From contig MNCI01001005.1 in NCBI GenBank assembly GCA_015680685.1, positions 70,529-134,528 of the forward strand: 64,000 nt of DNA, given 5' to 3'. Positions 37,403 to 52,449 of this stretch are shown here, piece after piece. The notes below the pieces were generated by a model that had not been told where the DNA came from, did no database searches, and worked only from the letters and a program-made list of their open reading frames with translations. The translations under genes were made by a program, and so were the position numbers. Origin of the DNA: Gnetum montanum (Eukaryota; Plantae; Gnetophyta). Position 1 is the stretch's first letter, and every line of letters starts with the position of its first letter.

Positions 37403-40400
37403 TGATGAGTTGTAGATTGGCTACATCGATGATGTTGATGGGTTCTCTACTCAATGTTACATAGTAATTAAGCTAATTAAATAATTAAGCAAGATAAGCT
37501 AAATAGTGATTAAGTAAACACATAAGTACAACCACTTTGAGCTTGCATATGACATTTGGTAATCCCAGTAATGCTTAACACTTGGTAACCAAGCAACAGT
37601 ATATGTGTTTAAGATGTGTATAGTAAGTGGGACTTGATACTTATGTTAGAACTAGTTACACAATAGTTAGTCGATTAGATTAAAGTAGAAATTAAATTAT
37701 TTTATTCCCTATCCTATTTATTTGAAGTACTAAAATCATAAAACATAAAATGATAAAAATCATGTACCTTATTTACACTTAAATCATACCCTTAAGCTTC
37801 ACAAGTGTAGTTGGCATGACAATGAATGTTTTCAACACCCAATTGACTTCATAGAGAACTAGTGCATTGGAAAAATATAGAGTCCATGGAATTTGACTAG
37901 ATCATGCATGAACACTTTGTGATTCATATGATTAGGTATAGGGGTACCTTCACCACTCATCACTGGCATAATTACCAGGGACACTTTTTGTTTGAAATGT
38001 GCACTATCTAGGATTAGTGAACATCATTAACATCATTGGATGAACCCCAACGTCAACATCACTCTCACACATAATATAATTATATACACATACTGATATT
38101 CTATTCATTTGTAAAATTTCTTCTTCTCTTAGTCATGAAAATGTTAAATCATTGGTCCAAAAACAATGCAAGGTGGTATATACTCATCTAAATCAGTATG
38201 TGCCTAATCTCACCTTCATCCTACATTAGGATGAACAAATGTGATGGCATGACATGGCAGGCCCAATCGATCTATGCTTGTGATGCTAATTCAAACTTTT
38301 AAGAAGTTAGGAATCCATGATCTTCAAGAGGAGTACATTGTGCATGGTTATGACTACTAGTACTACCATCCCACCAAAACACAATGTAGGAGAGATCAAC
38401 CCCAGGAGAAGCAACATGAGTTTGCAAAGGGAAAATAGTTCACCAATCTCTTGTTCTTGCTAAACCAAGACGACAATGAGGATCCTTTCTTTGGGGCCTC
38501 TTAACATGAAAATTCTCCACCCCTCATTATTGGTGGTGGGGGTGTGAACCTAAATCTACATTCCACTATCAACAAACTAGGTTTAGGACAAGATGGCAAT
38601 CAAGGAAGGGGCTAGGAAAAGCATCAAGATGATAAGAAACTTGACAAGCATGGTCGTGACAATTAAAGAGGAGTTGGTAGATACCATGGTGGTGGTGGTC
38701 CTTCTTCCTCTTCATCCTTTTCATCTACATCTTCTTCTTCCTCTTCTTCTATTTCTGAAAAATGCCATAGAAGGAAAAATCATGATGGAGTTGAGGACCA
38801 GGACAATAATACTGATCACCATACCCATGATAATTGAATGGGTAATAGAGGACATCATAAGTGACAATGAAATAATGATGATGATGAGCCTTTTCTAGCA
38901 ACTTAAATCATTCTTAACATTACAAAGGTAGTTAAGATCCCAACTATGCATGTGAAAGATAGTTAGATCAAGCACTTAGACATTAACAATATCCAAAGAT
39001 TTGAGGGGGTATATAACTTTGATCCACAAACACATCTCCAAGCTTTTCATGATTCTTGCATCTTACAATACATTGAAAATTATTGGTAGAAATTAAAGCT
39101 ATTCCCTAGAATACTCATCAAGGAAGCAAAAAGATAGTACCAATCCTTGGAGCTGGAATCTATTTGCATATGGAGTAGCATGCTAGAACTATTTAATGAC
39201 AAATACCAAATGTACTCTAGAGTGTCTCATCTAAGAAGGTAAATCCAAGGCTAGAAATAGGAAACACATGAACCCTTGGATGCCACCATGGGTAGGCATT
39301 ATTCTCTATTACATTAATGCCCTAACAACTTCACCACATCATAGATGGGCTCAGAGAAAAAACCCAAAGAACTCTTGGGATTTATGCCCAAGGGAGACTA
39401 TCTGAATTAAGAGATTATCAAATAGAAAGGCTGATAGAGTAGGTAGCAAAAGAATAAGATGAATTGTGAAAAAGGAAAAGTGTAAAAGAATATAATAGGG
39501 ACCCTTAAATCAGGAAAAGGAAGGTCCAATTTTGTGATTAGGAGTTACCACTCAACAAAGTGATAAACAAGAAAATATTACCCATCCAAAAATCTATTTT
39601 TGATATTTTGGCAAAGGTTGATAAGTTATGGGACTCTTTGGATGAAAAATTCCAAACTTCTATGAGGGTTGTTGAAGAATATAATGAGTAGAATAGTAAT
39701 CACAACCACAGGAGGAAAAAAGAAGCTAACATGCCTACTAAAGGGGGAAGGGCAAAGATGCTATAGTAGAAGAAGTTGTGAAGACAAACTCTAATAATGA
39801 TGCTAGTGTGACATTTATCAATATGACCATTCTAAGGGATGTTGCTCTATGGTTTCACACTTACAAGAGTCTAGGGTGTACATGTTAAATCCTTAACTAG
39901 CATGAAGGTAAGAAAATTACCTTATCCTCAAGGAAATCAAAGGTAGTTTCACTAGCAACAACAAGCTTACTTTCCAAGTGGAGCTCCACCACAATTGTAT
40001 GAGCAATACTAGCAGTGGTAGCAACCATAGTCATTGGGAATGTTGCTACGAAGATAGTAGTATGCTTACAAGCAACTGAATCCATATGGGTACTATCTTT
40101 AGCAACCTATTTCTCCATGAAGCTCTACAAGCCATACCTTATTCCAACATCACTATTATCCTCTAGAGTACCATTGAACTAATTCACCATCAACTCAATG
40201 GGAGCATCCATATCCATACCATCCTCCACATTCATTTGCACACATCCCTCCACCCTTTACCTAGTTACCTCCTACTCTATCCATATAGGGTAAAATTCCT
40301 TCACAACTATAGTAATGAAATGCTATGAGGGCTGAAAATTTACAATCAGCCTTCTAGTTGAGTGGTTCAGACAATTGATCCAAGAAATGACCATTTTTTT

Positions 40401-43400
40401 TGATCCAATAGTCCTCCCAAACCCTCACAACCTAATGTAGTTGGTCACCCTATATCTTCAACACCCTCATCCTCTACATTAAATATATTTGAGAGCCCTT
40501 CAAACTAAACACCATCTTAGATTTTCATTGTGATGCTAACTCATGCTATCTTCGATTCGATCTAGGCTAGTAACCTTTCCACGAAAAGGTCTAATTTGAA
40601 AAGTCCTCTTATTTACTTATAGATTTCTAGACATGAGCCATTCAAGGCTCTTCTTCATTTTGGTTCTAGTATCAACCTCATCTCTAATGACATGTACAAG
40701 GCCTAGAACCTACCACCTATCAATAAGAGTAATATCCATTTGAAATTGGTAAATTAATCAATCACTATTCCTTTGGGGTTAGTGGAGGACATTATGACCA
40801 TAGTTTGTGGGTGGTCCTATCCTATTGATATTCTAGTGATTAAGGTAGAAAACTACAAAGATGATTTTCCCATAATTATGGAATCTGCATGGTTGATCAT
40901 TGTTGATGCACAAATGGACATCAAGGCTCTCTCCTTGGAAATCTTCAAGGAAAATGAATTTGCGTAGCTTAAGAATAAGTGAGTTCCATGCATCATGTAT
41001 AGTGATAACAAGTGAAATTGCATGTAGAAAATTTGGTTCATTAAAAGTAAATTCATCAAAGCATGCAATCAATGTGCACATGAAATAGATATCTTAAGGT
41101 GCCTATATGTAGTAGCCACAAAATAAAAGGGCACCTAATGGCTGATAGCTAACTCTGATAGTAGCACACTATGCATGAAACCTATTGAGAGCCTGACATG
41201 TGTCTATGTCAAAGGCATGGATGAACTTGAGCAAGCTCATCACCAACTCTCTAATGATGAAAATGATGATACCTATTGGGGAGAGTTGAAAATTTCTAAT
41301 AATTTCAAGAAAGAGTCCCTAGAGTTAAAAACTCTACTGGATAGCATGAAGTGTGCTTTTTAAATAATGGCAAGCTAATTATAATTAATGCAAATATTTT
41401 TCCCAAATAAAAAGACAAGTTGTTGAATGTGGTCAACAAATGGCCAATAACCTTTGCTTAATCATATCTTGAGCTTATTGGAATCAATTCAAGGATATGT
41501 CAGCATCGTATCTGCACTAACTTGGACATGAAGCCAAGAAGTTAGCTACAGAGGAAACTAAATCCTAAGTTGAAGTAGATCACCAAAGAGGAAATAGAAC
41601 AACTCCTCAAGGTAGGGTTCATCTATCCCATCATGGATAGTGAGTGGGTCTACATTAACTTTAAGCTATTGAATATGAAAACATTTTAAGATTATTTTAC
41701 ATTACCATTTTTGGATCAAGTGTTGAATACCATATCTAGGAATTATTATTATAGCTTCTTGGATGGTTATAGTGGATATAATAAAATCCAAATTGTGCTA
41801 GAGGATCAGTTCAAAATAACATTCATGAGTCCCTGGGAGACTTTTGCATATTGCAAGATGCCATTCAATCTATGCAATTCCCCTACAACATTCCAATACT
41901 TGGTCCTTAGTATTTTTAAAAAGTAGATTGGTAGTGAGATAGAAGTCTTTATGGATGACTTCTCTACCTATGGGGCTACATTTAAGCAAGCCCTGGATCA
42001 CCTTGAGAAAGTATTAAAAATATGTGTTAAAAAAACCTTAGGCTTAATTGGTAGAAAAGGAATTTAATGGTTCAAGCAGACAAAGCACTGGGGAATAGAA
42101 TTACTTAGGTAGGGATTGAGGTAGACTTGAAAAAGATAAGGGTCATCCAAGGAATCACATGTCAACCAAAGATATTCAAAAACATCTGATCATTCCTTGG
42201 ACACATTAGCTACTACTGATGGTTTATAGAGAATTTTTCTAAGATTGAAAAGTCATTGGTTGAGCTTACAAAGAAAGATGCTTCATTCATCTAGACCAAC
42301 GAGTGTGAACATGCATTCTAATAGCTAAAGGACAAACTTGTAGAAGCTCCAATTCTATTGGCACTAGATTAGTCTAGACCATTTCACATAATGATAGATG
42401 CATCTAATTATACCTTGGGAGCCATGCGTACATAGTTGGATGATAAGAAATTTCCATATCACATCCATTGTGTGAGCCAAATCATTGTTGGTGCACAATT
42501 AAATTACACCACAATTGAGAAAGTACTAATGGTAGTGGTGTATGCTTTGGAAAAGTTTAGACACTATGTCCTTGGCTATAGAGTATTTATGCACACAAAT
42601 CACATTGTTATTCACTTCCTAATGAACAAGCCAATGATGAGTCCCTATATCATATGATGGCTTGTGACCTTGTAGGAATTTGATATCACAATGGTAGATT
42701 GAAAAGGAACTAAGAATGTGATTTCTAACCATCTCTCTTAGTTAAGATGGAATAACAAAGAAGAGGAGAGTTCACTCTCTAGTCAATTTTGAAATGAACT
42801 CCTCTTTACAGATGTAATAAATGAACAAATGCCTACATAGCCAAAATGGTATGATGGCATCCTCACTTACCTTCTCACTTAGGAGATGCCATAAGATCTA
42901 TAAATTAGAAAGAAACAACAATTTCTTCATCAAGCTAAGTACCTCATGGAAATTAATGGATACCTTTATAAGGTATGCATTGATAGCCTAGTTCATTGGT
43001 GTGTCCTTGATGTAGAGTAATTATGCATTCTCCAAGAAGCTCATGAAGGCTCTTATGGAGGCCACTATTCTAGGAGACACATAGCTATAAAAATGTTGAT
43101 GGTAGAATACGATTAACCTACAATCTTTAGGGACATCTACCAATTTGTCTAATCCTATGAGCATTGTCAATGAGATAGTGGAATGACTACTCAAATGGAG
43201 GGTCCTCAATAGTGGATTCAACTACTAGAGCCCTTTGACATATGGGGCATTGACTTCATGGGTTCCATCACATCCATGTCCAATGAAAAGGCATACATCA
43301 TCATCGTAGTCGACTACTACATCAAATGGGAAGAAGTAGCAGTTGTCACTAATTGTACATCATCCATTGCTACTTGATTTGTACAAAAAAATGTTGTAAA

Positions 43401-45965
43401 TAGGTTAGTGCCACATGTACTAATTTCTGATAATGTAACTCATTTATAGGTGCCACTTTTTGAAAACTCATGCAACACTTAAGGGTCAAAAAAAATGAAA
43501 AACACCTTATCACCCCCAAGCCAATAGTCAAGCAGAAGTCACCAATACAGAGATCACAAAGATCCTAATAAGAACTATACGCAAATATAGGAGAGACTAG
43601 AGCACAAAACTCAATGACATCCTTTAGGCCTACCGCTGCACATGGAAACTTCCCATAGGCTACTCTCCCTATGAGCTAGTGTATAGAAAACTTCCAACAC
43701 TTTCAATCCAATCTAAGCTCCATACACTTTCAATGGCCTATGACTTGGACCTTGACTTGAGCCTAGCATAAAAATAAATATTGATAAACTGGAATGTGGT
43801 ATATGAAAACTGATTGGTAGCCCTATCTGTGAACAAAGCGCATAAGGTATACAATAAGAAGTGCCATGACCTTAGAATATGGAAAGTAAGATTTCAATCT
43901 AGAGATAAGGTTCTCTATTGGAACCCCATAGATGTACCATAGAAAAAAAATGTTCCAAACATTGTGGGAGGTATCTTAAATAATTGATAAAACCTTTCCC
44001 TCTAGGGTTAGGTTAATCTACAAACCTGAGAGCCCACACAAAGAGAAGTTGGTCAACATCTAACAAGTGAAACCTTTCCTAAAGATAAGACAAGATAGTA
44101 CAACTACTACCTCTCTGGATGGACAACCACACTCTATATTCTACGTCTCCTCCTTTCACCTTAATCATGGGTGAGATGGCCATCCATTCTAATCATACAC
44201 ATGGCTCCTCAACTTTGCAATTTTTTTTTACACATTTTTATTTTACACTTTGTTGAGTTTTACCTCTCATTGGTATTTCACTCTATTGATTTTCTTGATT
44301 TTGGTTTTACAACATTGTTAGTATGTTTTATCTTTCTTGAATATTCTATACATTCTTATATATTTTACTTTATTATTGTACATGAATTTTCATTATTTTT
44401 GCTAATAAAAGTGCCTTATTACTGCTAGACATAGTGCAAATGTTGTTGTTTAGTAATGGTGGTTTGTGCTTAATATTTTAGTTACTAATGTTTGATTTCT
44501 ATTTTTGAATTCTAATGTCTAATGACTAAGACATGGTTTATTTTTCATGGAATAGGCAGTGAGTCCACAACATCCACCCATCCACAAACTCTATGGTTTT
44601 CCTTGTTTTGAAAATTCGATGTCTGTTTCATTAAATAAAATTTTAATAAATTTTTAACCTTAGTAGGTTCTGAAATTGGGAAGGATTCAAAGGTTTACAT
44701 AGGATGTGACTTCAAAGGGACTCAATACTCTTTGTACTCTTCTACTTACTTGGGTGCTTAAGTGTTTTCATTAACTTCTTACTATTCTGAGTTGACAAAT
44801 AATAGGAAGTTAAATAAAGTCTTTGCATGGTGTGGTTCCCATTTAGAAAAAAACAAGAAAAAAAAACATGGTGGGAATTCAAACCATAACCCTTAGAAAA
44901 ATAAATGGGTTACAAGCATTGGTTATGGGGGCTGAGAAGACATGTTTCCCATGCTTGAAGCTCCCCTCTAACTAAGGCTTTCTCTCACCTCCTACTTCTC
45001 TTTTCTTCTTTTTATGGAATGGTAGTCATTCTTTTGAAGCACTCTTGTGTCTTAAGGGGGAGGATTGGTCTTGGAGTGGTAATGTGAAGTCATTGAATGT
45101 GGTTGGTTTTGATCTAGACTAAGGATGGATTCTCTTGGGTCATTTTAAACACAAATTCTGCAAGAGACCTCTTATGACCTCAATTTGGGATTCTATCCCA
45201 CCTTCTCGGTCATCCATCTATGCTTTCCATAACTCACCTCATTGTCAGTTTCCATGTTATGCTCAATGTCTTAGTTTGAGGTGTTGGAATTCTTGGATAG
45301 ATTCCTACTAGTTGGTTCTTAATCTTTCATAATCATTAATTGACCAAGGTTATGTAAGGGAAAAAATGGCATGTGCCTACTATGGAGAGGACCCACTAGC
45401 ATATCTCTTGATTTGGATAGTGAAGGCCCCCCCCCCCCCCTCCTTACCTTAGACATTGCCATAATCATATCGTTTGCATGCCCCATGGTGTGTCTAGCTC
45501 TATGCTTTTTAAACTTTCATAACAAATTTTCTCAATTTTCTAAACTTCAACAACATATTCTACGATTTTCATCATATTCATGGCTTTTTGGGCTTCCATT
45601 TGACTTCAATATCAGTCAGAAGCTACTTTTATTTTCAAAGTTTCACCAAAGTCAATGATGGTCAACAACTACATCAATTAGGCCTAGTTGACTTAGTTGA
45701 CCCATCGATGGGACCCCATCAACATAACACAAAAATTCTATAAATACCATCAAGCACATTGAAATTTTTATAATTTTCTTTACAACAAGAGTAGAGTTTT
45801 TGCCATTTTTTAGAGCCCATAACTTCCTGACCATTTGTCCAAATCACTCAATTAATCAATTTAGTAACTACCAGAGGTAAGCTCTTAGTCATGGGGGCTG
45901 CAAACCTTAAGGTTTTTTATGAGAATTTTTTGAAAAAAAAAAATTGACTTCTTTAGAAAGTTAAG
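37403..45965 (+). mobile_element. Athila-like family A element; 3' end displaced beyond the window by the Tat insertion
   Basis: Internally deleted 5' LTR at 37403-37962 (ends CCACTCATCA), decayed PBS at 37964-37981, internal region collinear with 11704-17000, internal PPT-like TTAGTCATGGGGG at ~45886. Confidence 0.85.
38230..44090 (+). pseudogene. gag-pol remnants (gag, protease, RT, RNase H, integrase) of family A
   Basis: YYSFLDGYSGYNKI, EVFMDDFS, NYTTIEKVLMVVVYALEKFRHY, PFDIWGIDFMG, PYHPQANSQAE. Confidence 0.88.
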
Positions 45966-48328
45966 TGAAACACCACCAATTTTGGGCTTTTAAAGTTCCA
46001 TGAAAAATTTGTCTAAGTGTGAAAACTTGGACAAAAGTTTTCTAAGCTTGGTGTCACACTATGTAGCGTAGACAATGTAGCACACTGGGAGTCCTATTTT
46101 TTGCAAAATTTTTCTAAGCCTACCTACTATGCTCCCTAGCACAACTAGTGTAGCACATACTTCCATGGCCAATCTGTAGAAATGTCAAGCCAGAAGTGGT
46201 CAAGATCTACTTGGGATGGACCAGACAATTTGGCAAATTTTCTATCTCCTAGACTATCAAGCTCACTACGCTCTTCAACTCACCTAGCTTAACACATGTC
46301 CTAGTTGCTAGTCCACCCAAGTACCAGGCTAGAGGCTATCAAAAGTGCTTAGGATGGATAAAATAGTTTGGTAAATTTTCTATCTTTTGGACCCATCACA
46401 CTCTACTATGCTACATGGCATAGCTAGCGTGACACAAGTTTCAGGGCCAAATTTTCCTTAAGTGTTGGACAAGAAATCTGTCAAGCTATCTAGACATGGA
46501 AGATGCATTTGGCAATTTTCTGATTTCTGAGGTTGCCTATCCTACTACACCCTAGAGTGTGGTCAGTGTGCCATGGAGAAACATTGTAGGTTTCATTAAA
46601 ATTTAACAAAGTACTTTTTCTATGCTGCATAGTGTACATAGCATGACAAGTCAAAATCTGCAAAAAATTTCTAAGTGTTCATGCTACACTCTATCATGCT
46701 GTGTAGTATAGACATTGTGACACTTGGGAAACACCCCCTCTGAATGCCTCTAGAAGCTTCCAAATCTTAGCATCAATCTTTATTTCAACTCTGATGTCCC
46801 TCTGATGGCCAATATCCATAGTTTGCATTACTTTTGCACCCCCCATTGATTCGCAAAATTATTCCTATGCTTGACCCTACTCGAAAGAGGAGGAAGACAT
46901 AGTCCTGAAGCATAGACTCCAAGTTGCATTTGTTTTGGCATTTCTTGTAGGTACATGGAGGTCCTTCAAACTCTAGCACATGCAGTCTAGGTAGTGTGGT
47001 CACATTTTGGCAGTTTCTAAGTCCTCATTCCTATCCTATAGAGCATAACACTTTGAGTTTAACACTTAGAGCTTGACATTTTGAGAACAACATGTCAGCA
47101 TGACTTGTCCACGTCCATGCTACATCGGACCTAGACCACATCGCATCCAATTTGCATCTCACATCAACCCTAGCCCTATAAATTCTCAATAATCAGCATT
47201 TTATATGTTGTTTGGCAAAATCATTTTAAGCATCAAGCATTAGAGCACTCTTAGCATTTTCATCACTCTCGCACTTGAGCACCTAAGCTTGAAACCTAGC
47301 TAAGTACTATGGCATAGTCTTCCTTGCACATACACAGTGTGATGAGTACCAACCCAATAGGTCCAGCCTCCTTTGTAGCTACTAGCAATGCATCCGTGAT
47401 GTCCTAGAGACTATGACTGCACTACTACGCTACCACTATTCCTATCTAACACTACATACTAGCTTCAAACATTATTCAATTAAAAGTTGCACATCCCGAT
47501 CTTTGGGCAGTGCATTTCTCTGCCCTCAAACTCTGATTCTATATTCTTAGCATTTGTTTTAAATTTCTCAATATTTACTTTTCTACTTTCTTCCACTATC
47601 AATATGCATTTACATATTCACGTTATGTTACCTTCTATTCTTAATCATTGTCCAGACTCCCACATGAAGCTCACTAAAAACTTCATTTACAAATAGTTAT
47701 TGTTACACCATGTATGTCCTTGTCTAATCAACTAGATAGTTCATAGCACGTCATTCCCATTTCACCCAGCACTACCCTTGCATGGATTCAGGGTTAAGTT
47801 ATACACTTGTGGACCTCTTGGTATTCTAGCCACCAACATTTTCAGACATAATAGTTTTTTGGCACTAGAAGAAAGGCCTCTCGTTCCTTCTATGTGTCAT
47901 AGGTAGTCCCATGTTCTTTATATACTTGCATCACTAGCAGAAAGCTAGCATAGACATAACACCCCTATGGACCTACCATGGTAGTAGCTAGATCATAGGC
48001 CAATGCAAGAGTTGTCTATGTTCCTGTTGGTGCAAATTGGTCCTAGTTGATGGTTCTCCTGGAACCCTGTAGGACATAAAGCCCAAACTGCCCATTGCAT
48101 CAAGCTCTAAGTGTCCTATAGATTGTGACATCCTATGAGCATAACAATCCCTTAGAGAGTAACAAGCATAACATCAGAGATAACTATTTTTTCAGCATTT
48201 TTAGACCTAGCCATTTTTGGCCTATTTTCTTTATAGTTTTCACACTTAGCCATTTTATCTTAAAATATTTTGTACTTAAATTTTTTGCAAACATCTCTTT
48301 TTCTTATGTCTTTTCTTACACAACAAAA

Positions 48329-51300
48329 ATGAACCCAGTTAACACCTTAGCTACCACCTTGAGTTTGGAGGTGGCTCACCCCATGCAACACATGGTAGAT
48401 GTCGAGCAACAACTTAGCCCGATGGGATCACAATAGCAGTATCTTAGACTATGGCACCAATCGCTTGAACACATGACACTTGATGATGAACAATACAATT
48501 TTTTGTATTCAAAGATTGAGGTGGGCCTACCATTGGATCACTAGGAAACGGAAGAAAAGTGTTGTTTTTAAATTATTCATTGAAATGGAAGGGAGTTCCT
48601 TCCTACCCATAGCATGGTTATACCATTCACTAAATCTTTCAAATGGATTTTGGACCAACATATTAGGATGAGTGGGCCAAAAGAGTAGGACTTGAGATCC
48701 AACTATGATGACTGTAAGATGGGCAAGAGGAGTTTGAGTCTCATTTTGACAGTCGTGTCCCACTCTACATCTCAGCCTCGTAGTCTACCTCTATATTTCT
48801 ACCATACCAATCATAGTCTTCTTCCTTCTTTAAGGTAGCTATGACACTTCCATAGCCTAAAACTTCATTGGTGGTAGTTAGCCACTTGATCTTGTCTATG
48901 CAACAGAATGCAAGACCTTCTACCCCTTTCCCCTTTGGCATTTCCTTGTAGTCTTTTCAACCTTTGCAACCAGTGTCTATGATGCCAATGCTACCATATG
49001 TGCACACTGTGCCCATATCATAGCCACACACAAGTCACTTTTCTATCATTCTAGTCATATCAGTCCCACCTCCAACAATAGCTTCAACCTCAACTATGTG
49101 GTGGGCAGAAACATCTTTACCTACTATTCAATTGTCCTAGATGCTATAGTACACATAGCAGCAAATGTACCAAGTGTCACATATGGCAAAACCTACTACA
49201 TGGTTGTGGGCCACTTCGAAAACAACACCAACAACACAACCAATGCAACCCTCTGCAACATCCCCAAGTTTGGACCATGCATTCTAGCTTATCCAAACTC
49301 TCACTAAGGAGGTTAGGTAGCTTAAGGTAGCCAACTCAGAGATAGTCCATGTAATGGACTTCTACCAAGATGATCTCATTAGCCCTACCATTCCTTTTGC
49401 CTCTTGGGATCCAACTTCCCCAATTCATGAAACAAAATGGTGAGGGTGACCCAAACACCTACTTAGTCACTTTCCATTCTGAGTCCTTATTACTGCAAGT
49501 GTGGCCACACACAGTTATCCATGTCTTTTCCATGTCTTTGATTGGCAAAGCTTTAGATTGGTATTGTGTGCTTCCTCGATCATCCATTTCAACTCTATAG
49601 GAGTTTCTAAGCCAATTCATAACCCACTTCAAGTATGACTTGAAGCCAGAAGCCACACTGGACCATCTCATGAATGTTAAGCAAGAAGCATTAAAGCCAA
49701 TGCAAAAATTCATACAATGTTGGAGTGTCTCTATAAATGAGATTCATGAGCCAATCATTGAAAAACACTTGTTGGCCATGTTTAAATGTGTAGTAAATGA
49801 TTTCATTAAATCAAAGCTATACTATTTAGCCTTGCATTCCTTTAGCCAAGCTTTCACTCAAAAAAAGAGCATACAGAATGCGACAAAGGCCAACAAGGAT
49901 CTAACTTACATAGCCTACAAGAATGGACATGCAAAGAGAGACAAGAAAAAGGGGAACGCCATGACAACCACCATGGTGGTTGTGGCTAATGAGGCTAAGC
50001 CCAATAGCAACAACAAGCAAGCGGCTAAGGCACCTAATGCCTTGGCCAATAGCAAAAAAACATTGGGTTTTGGCAACATGGGAACCAACCAATCCACATC
50101 ATCAGTGGCCACAGGGCAAGCTTCCCCAAGGCCAAACTTAGAGCACAAGGATTGCCCAAAATATACCCCTTTGCTGATCAAGCCATTAGAACTTTTGGAT
50201 CAACTGCTTAGTGCTGGTTGCATTCAACGCAATCAAATGTTAGAGGATGCTCGCAAATGCCATGAGAGGTACTACAAGGTCCTTCAAGGCCCCTCTAAAA
50301 CTATGCCAAATGAGCCTTTGGTACCCAAAAATTTTAGACTGAACCAATTTTGCAACTACCATTAGTTGCATGACCATGACATAGATTATTTCCTAGTGTT
50401 GAAGGATGATATCCAATGCATAATCGATCAAGATAAGATAGTCCTTGATTAAATTAATCCTACTTGGCTGGAAAACCAGTCCATGAATGTCTATAAGGAC
50501 CATTAAAATCTAGTAGTGTAGGATATATCATTAATGCTATTAGGTGATGATGCAGATCTAATACATGAACCATTTGTGGTCCATCTGCCTTCTAGTGAGA
50601 TTGAAGATCCAACATCAACTAGGCTATAGGTCCCCTTCATCATTAAAGCACCACCTCAAGCACTAGTAACATCCTTCATGGTTAGAGCCCCACAACACAT
50701 TATGGCAATGACCTAGACACCTTTTGTCATAAGGGTGCCAAAATGTGTGAATCCCTCATCTGCTCAAGGTCTGGTGGAGGGGATTGGATCATGACCTACC
50801 TATCCAAAGAGGCTTGATGAGCATTTGGCTGACAAGATGGCTAGGGAACACACTGAACTAGGTCCCCCTAAGCCTACATCCTTGTTAGCCATTCTCATGG
50901 CCTTATCATCTAAGGCCACCAACATAGATAAGCACACACAACAAGTAATCGTTGAAGCTTAAAGGCCCAGTATTCAACCAAAAGACAAATCTTCTCCTCC
51001 TTGGGAAATCTATCTCTTAGGATGCATGGAGGAGATAAAGACCACTAAACAACTAGATGGTGGAAAAGATTTTGTAGATGCACTTGCATAGGTCAAGCAG
51101 GCTCTAAAACAAAAGAATACAACTTTGATCCTATACTATCTAATTATGACCTCTCTTGCCCATCATGAAGCATTGGTTCACATGTTGACATCCATTCCTA
51201 TTAAGGAAGACATGCTAGTAGAGGAAAAGGCTATCCATGTTGTAATGATCCTACCTGCAACTGAAGAACCATGGTCAATACTTTTGACATTTTGTGATGA

Positions 51301-51960
51301 AGCACTCAAAGTTGATCTTGATAGGGGTCAACTAACTACTGCACCCATGTTCATAACAGTTTTCATGGATTAGTATAAGATTCATAGGGTGCATGTAGAT
51401 GATGGGGAAACAACCAATGTTATTCTATTTTCCATTGTCAATAAGCTTGTCCTGGTGGATCAAATCAGGCCAAAAACAACAACATGTTTAAAGTATTTCA
51501 ATGAAACATGCGTGGTTATCAAGGGAACAATCACAATTGATTTCATGGCAAGAGAGAAATTATCCACTAATGTAGAGTTCATCATGGTTGAAGAGATGCC
51601 CAGATTCAACCTAATCTTAGAGAGATCTTGGTTAGCCCAACTAAGGGTTTTCGATTCACCAATCCACCAAGAGATCCACTTATCTTATGAGGGTGGATAA
51701 GTGGTGATCTTTGGTAACAACATAGCCCCTCATACCATCAACAATGTAGACACTAAGCAAGTTTCGGAGGTAGAATCTTCAAACACACACCACCTATTTA
51801 CAATGAAAGTTGATGTTGTTCAGTTGGTGAACCAAGCAAAATGAGTGTCCTCCATGAGGAATCTCTATGGATAGAATTACCTTTTGTATGATAGATGATG
51901 GACTAGGGGAGTACTACCTAGTACCTTCTAGGCCTTACACATCACCTAACCCACATCGAG
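48329..51960 (+). pseudogene. gag and protease of the Tat element
   Basis: GEGDPNTYL, FSMSLIGKALDWY, FCNYH...HD His-Cys motif, VHVDDGETTNVI, FNLILERSWL. Confidence 0.85.
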
Positions 51961-52449
51961 TTAGGAAACATCTACGCAATTAAGGCATGTCCCTAACTTG
52001 CTTGCCCATCTAACTTGTCTTTAGCCCCTTTTGTCTATATAGTTTTAATTTGTGTTATTTTTGCTTCTTGAATCAGTTATGGTTTCGTTTAGTCACAAAA
52101 AACAAAAATAAAAATAAAAATAAAAGAAAAAAACAAACAAAAGAAGAAGTGGGGCCTAAAATGGCTTTAAACTAGCAATGGCCCAAAATGGCCTTAAACT
52201 AGCAATGACCCAAAATGACCTTAAAATATTGCATGGGGCCTACAAGGGGTCTAATTATATCAACAAAAAATCCAAAGTAAGATCAACTAAGATACAAGCT
52301 AATGATACCACTAGAGATAGCTAAATATTGTCTCTTTCATTAAATCATAAACAAAATACATAGTCTAGGATTATATCCACATCAAAAGATACAAAAATTA
52401 CCCAACAATAGGGCTATATCTCAAATGTTTTAATTTGTATTAATGGAAG

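Noticed and set aside
44171-44428. Phe/Leu/Ile-rich ORF as transmembrane env
   Set aside because: It is a translation of T-rich 3' UTR sequence and is not conserved in the sister copy at ~16150-16260.
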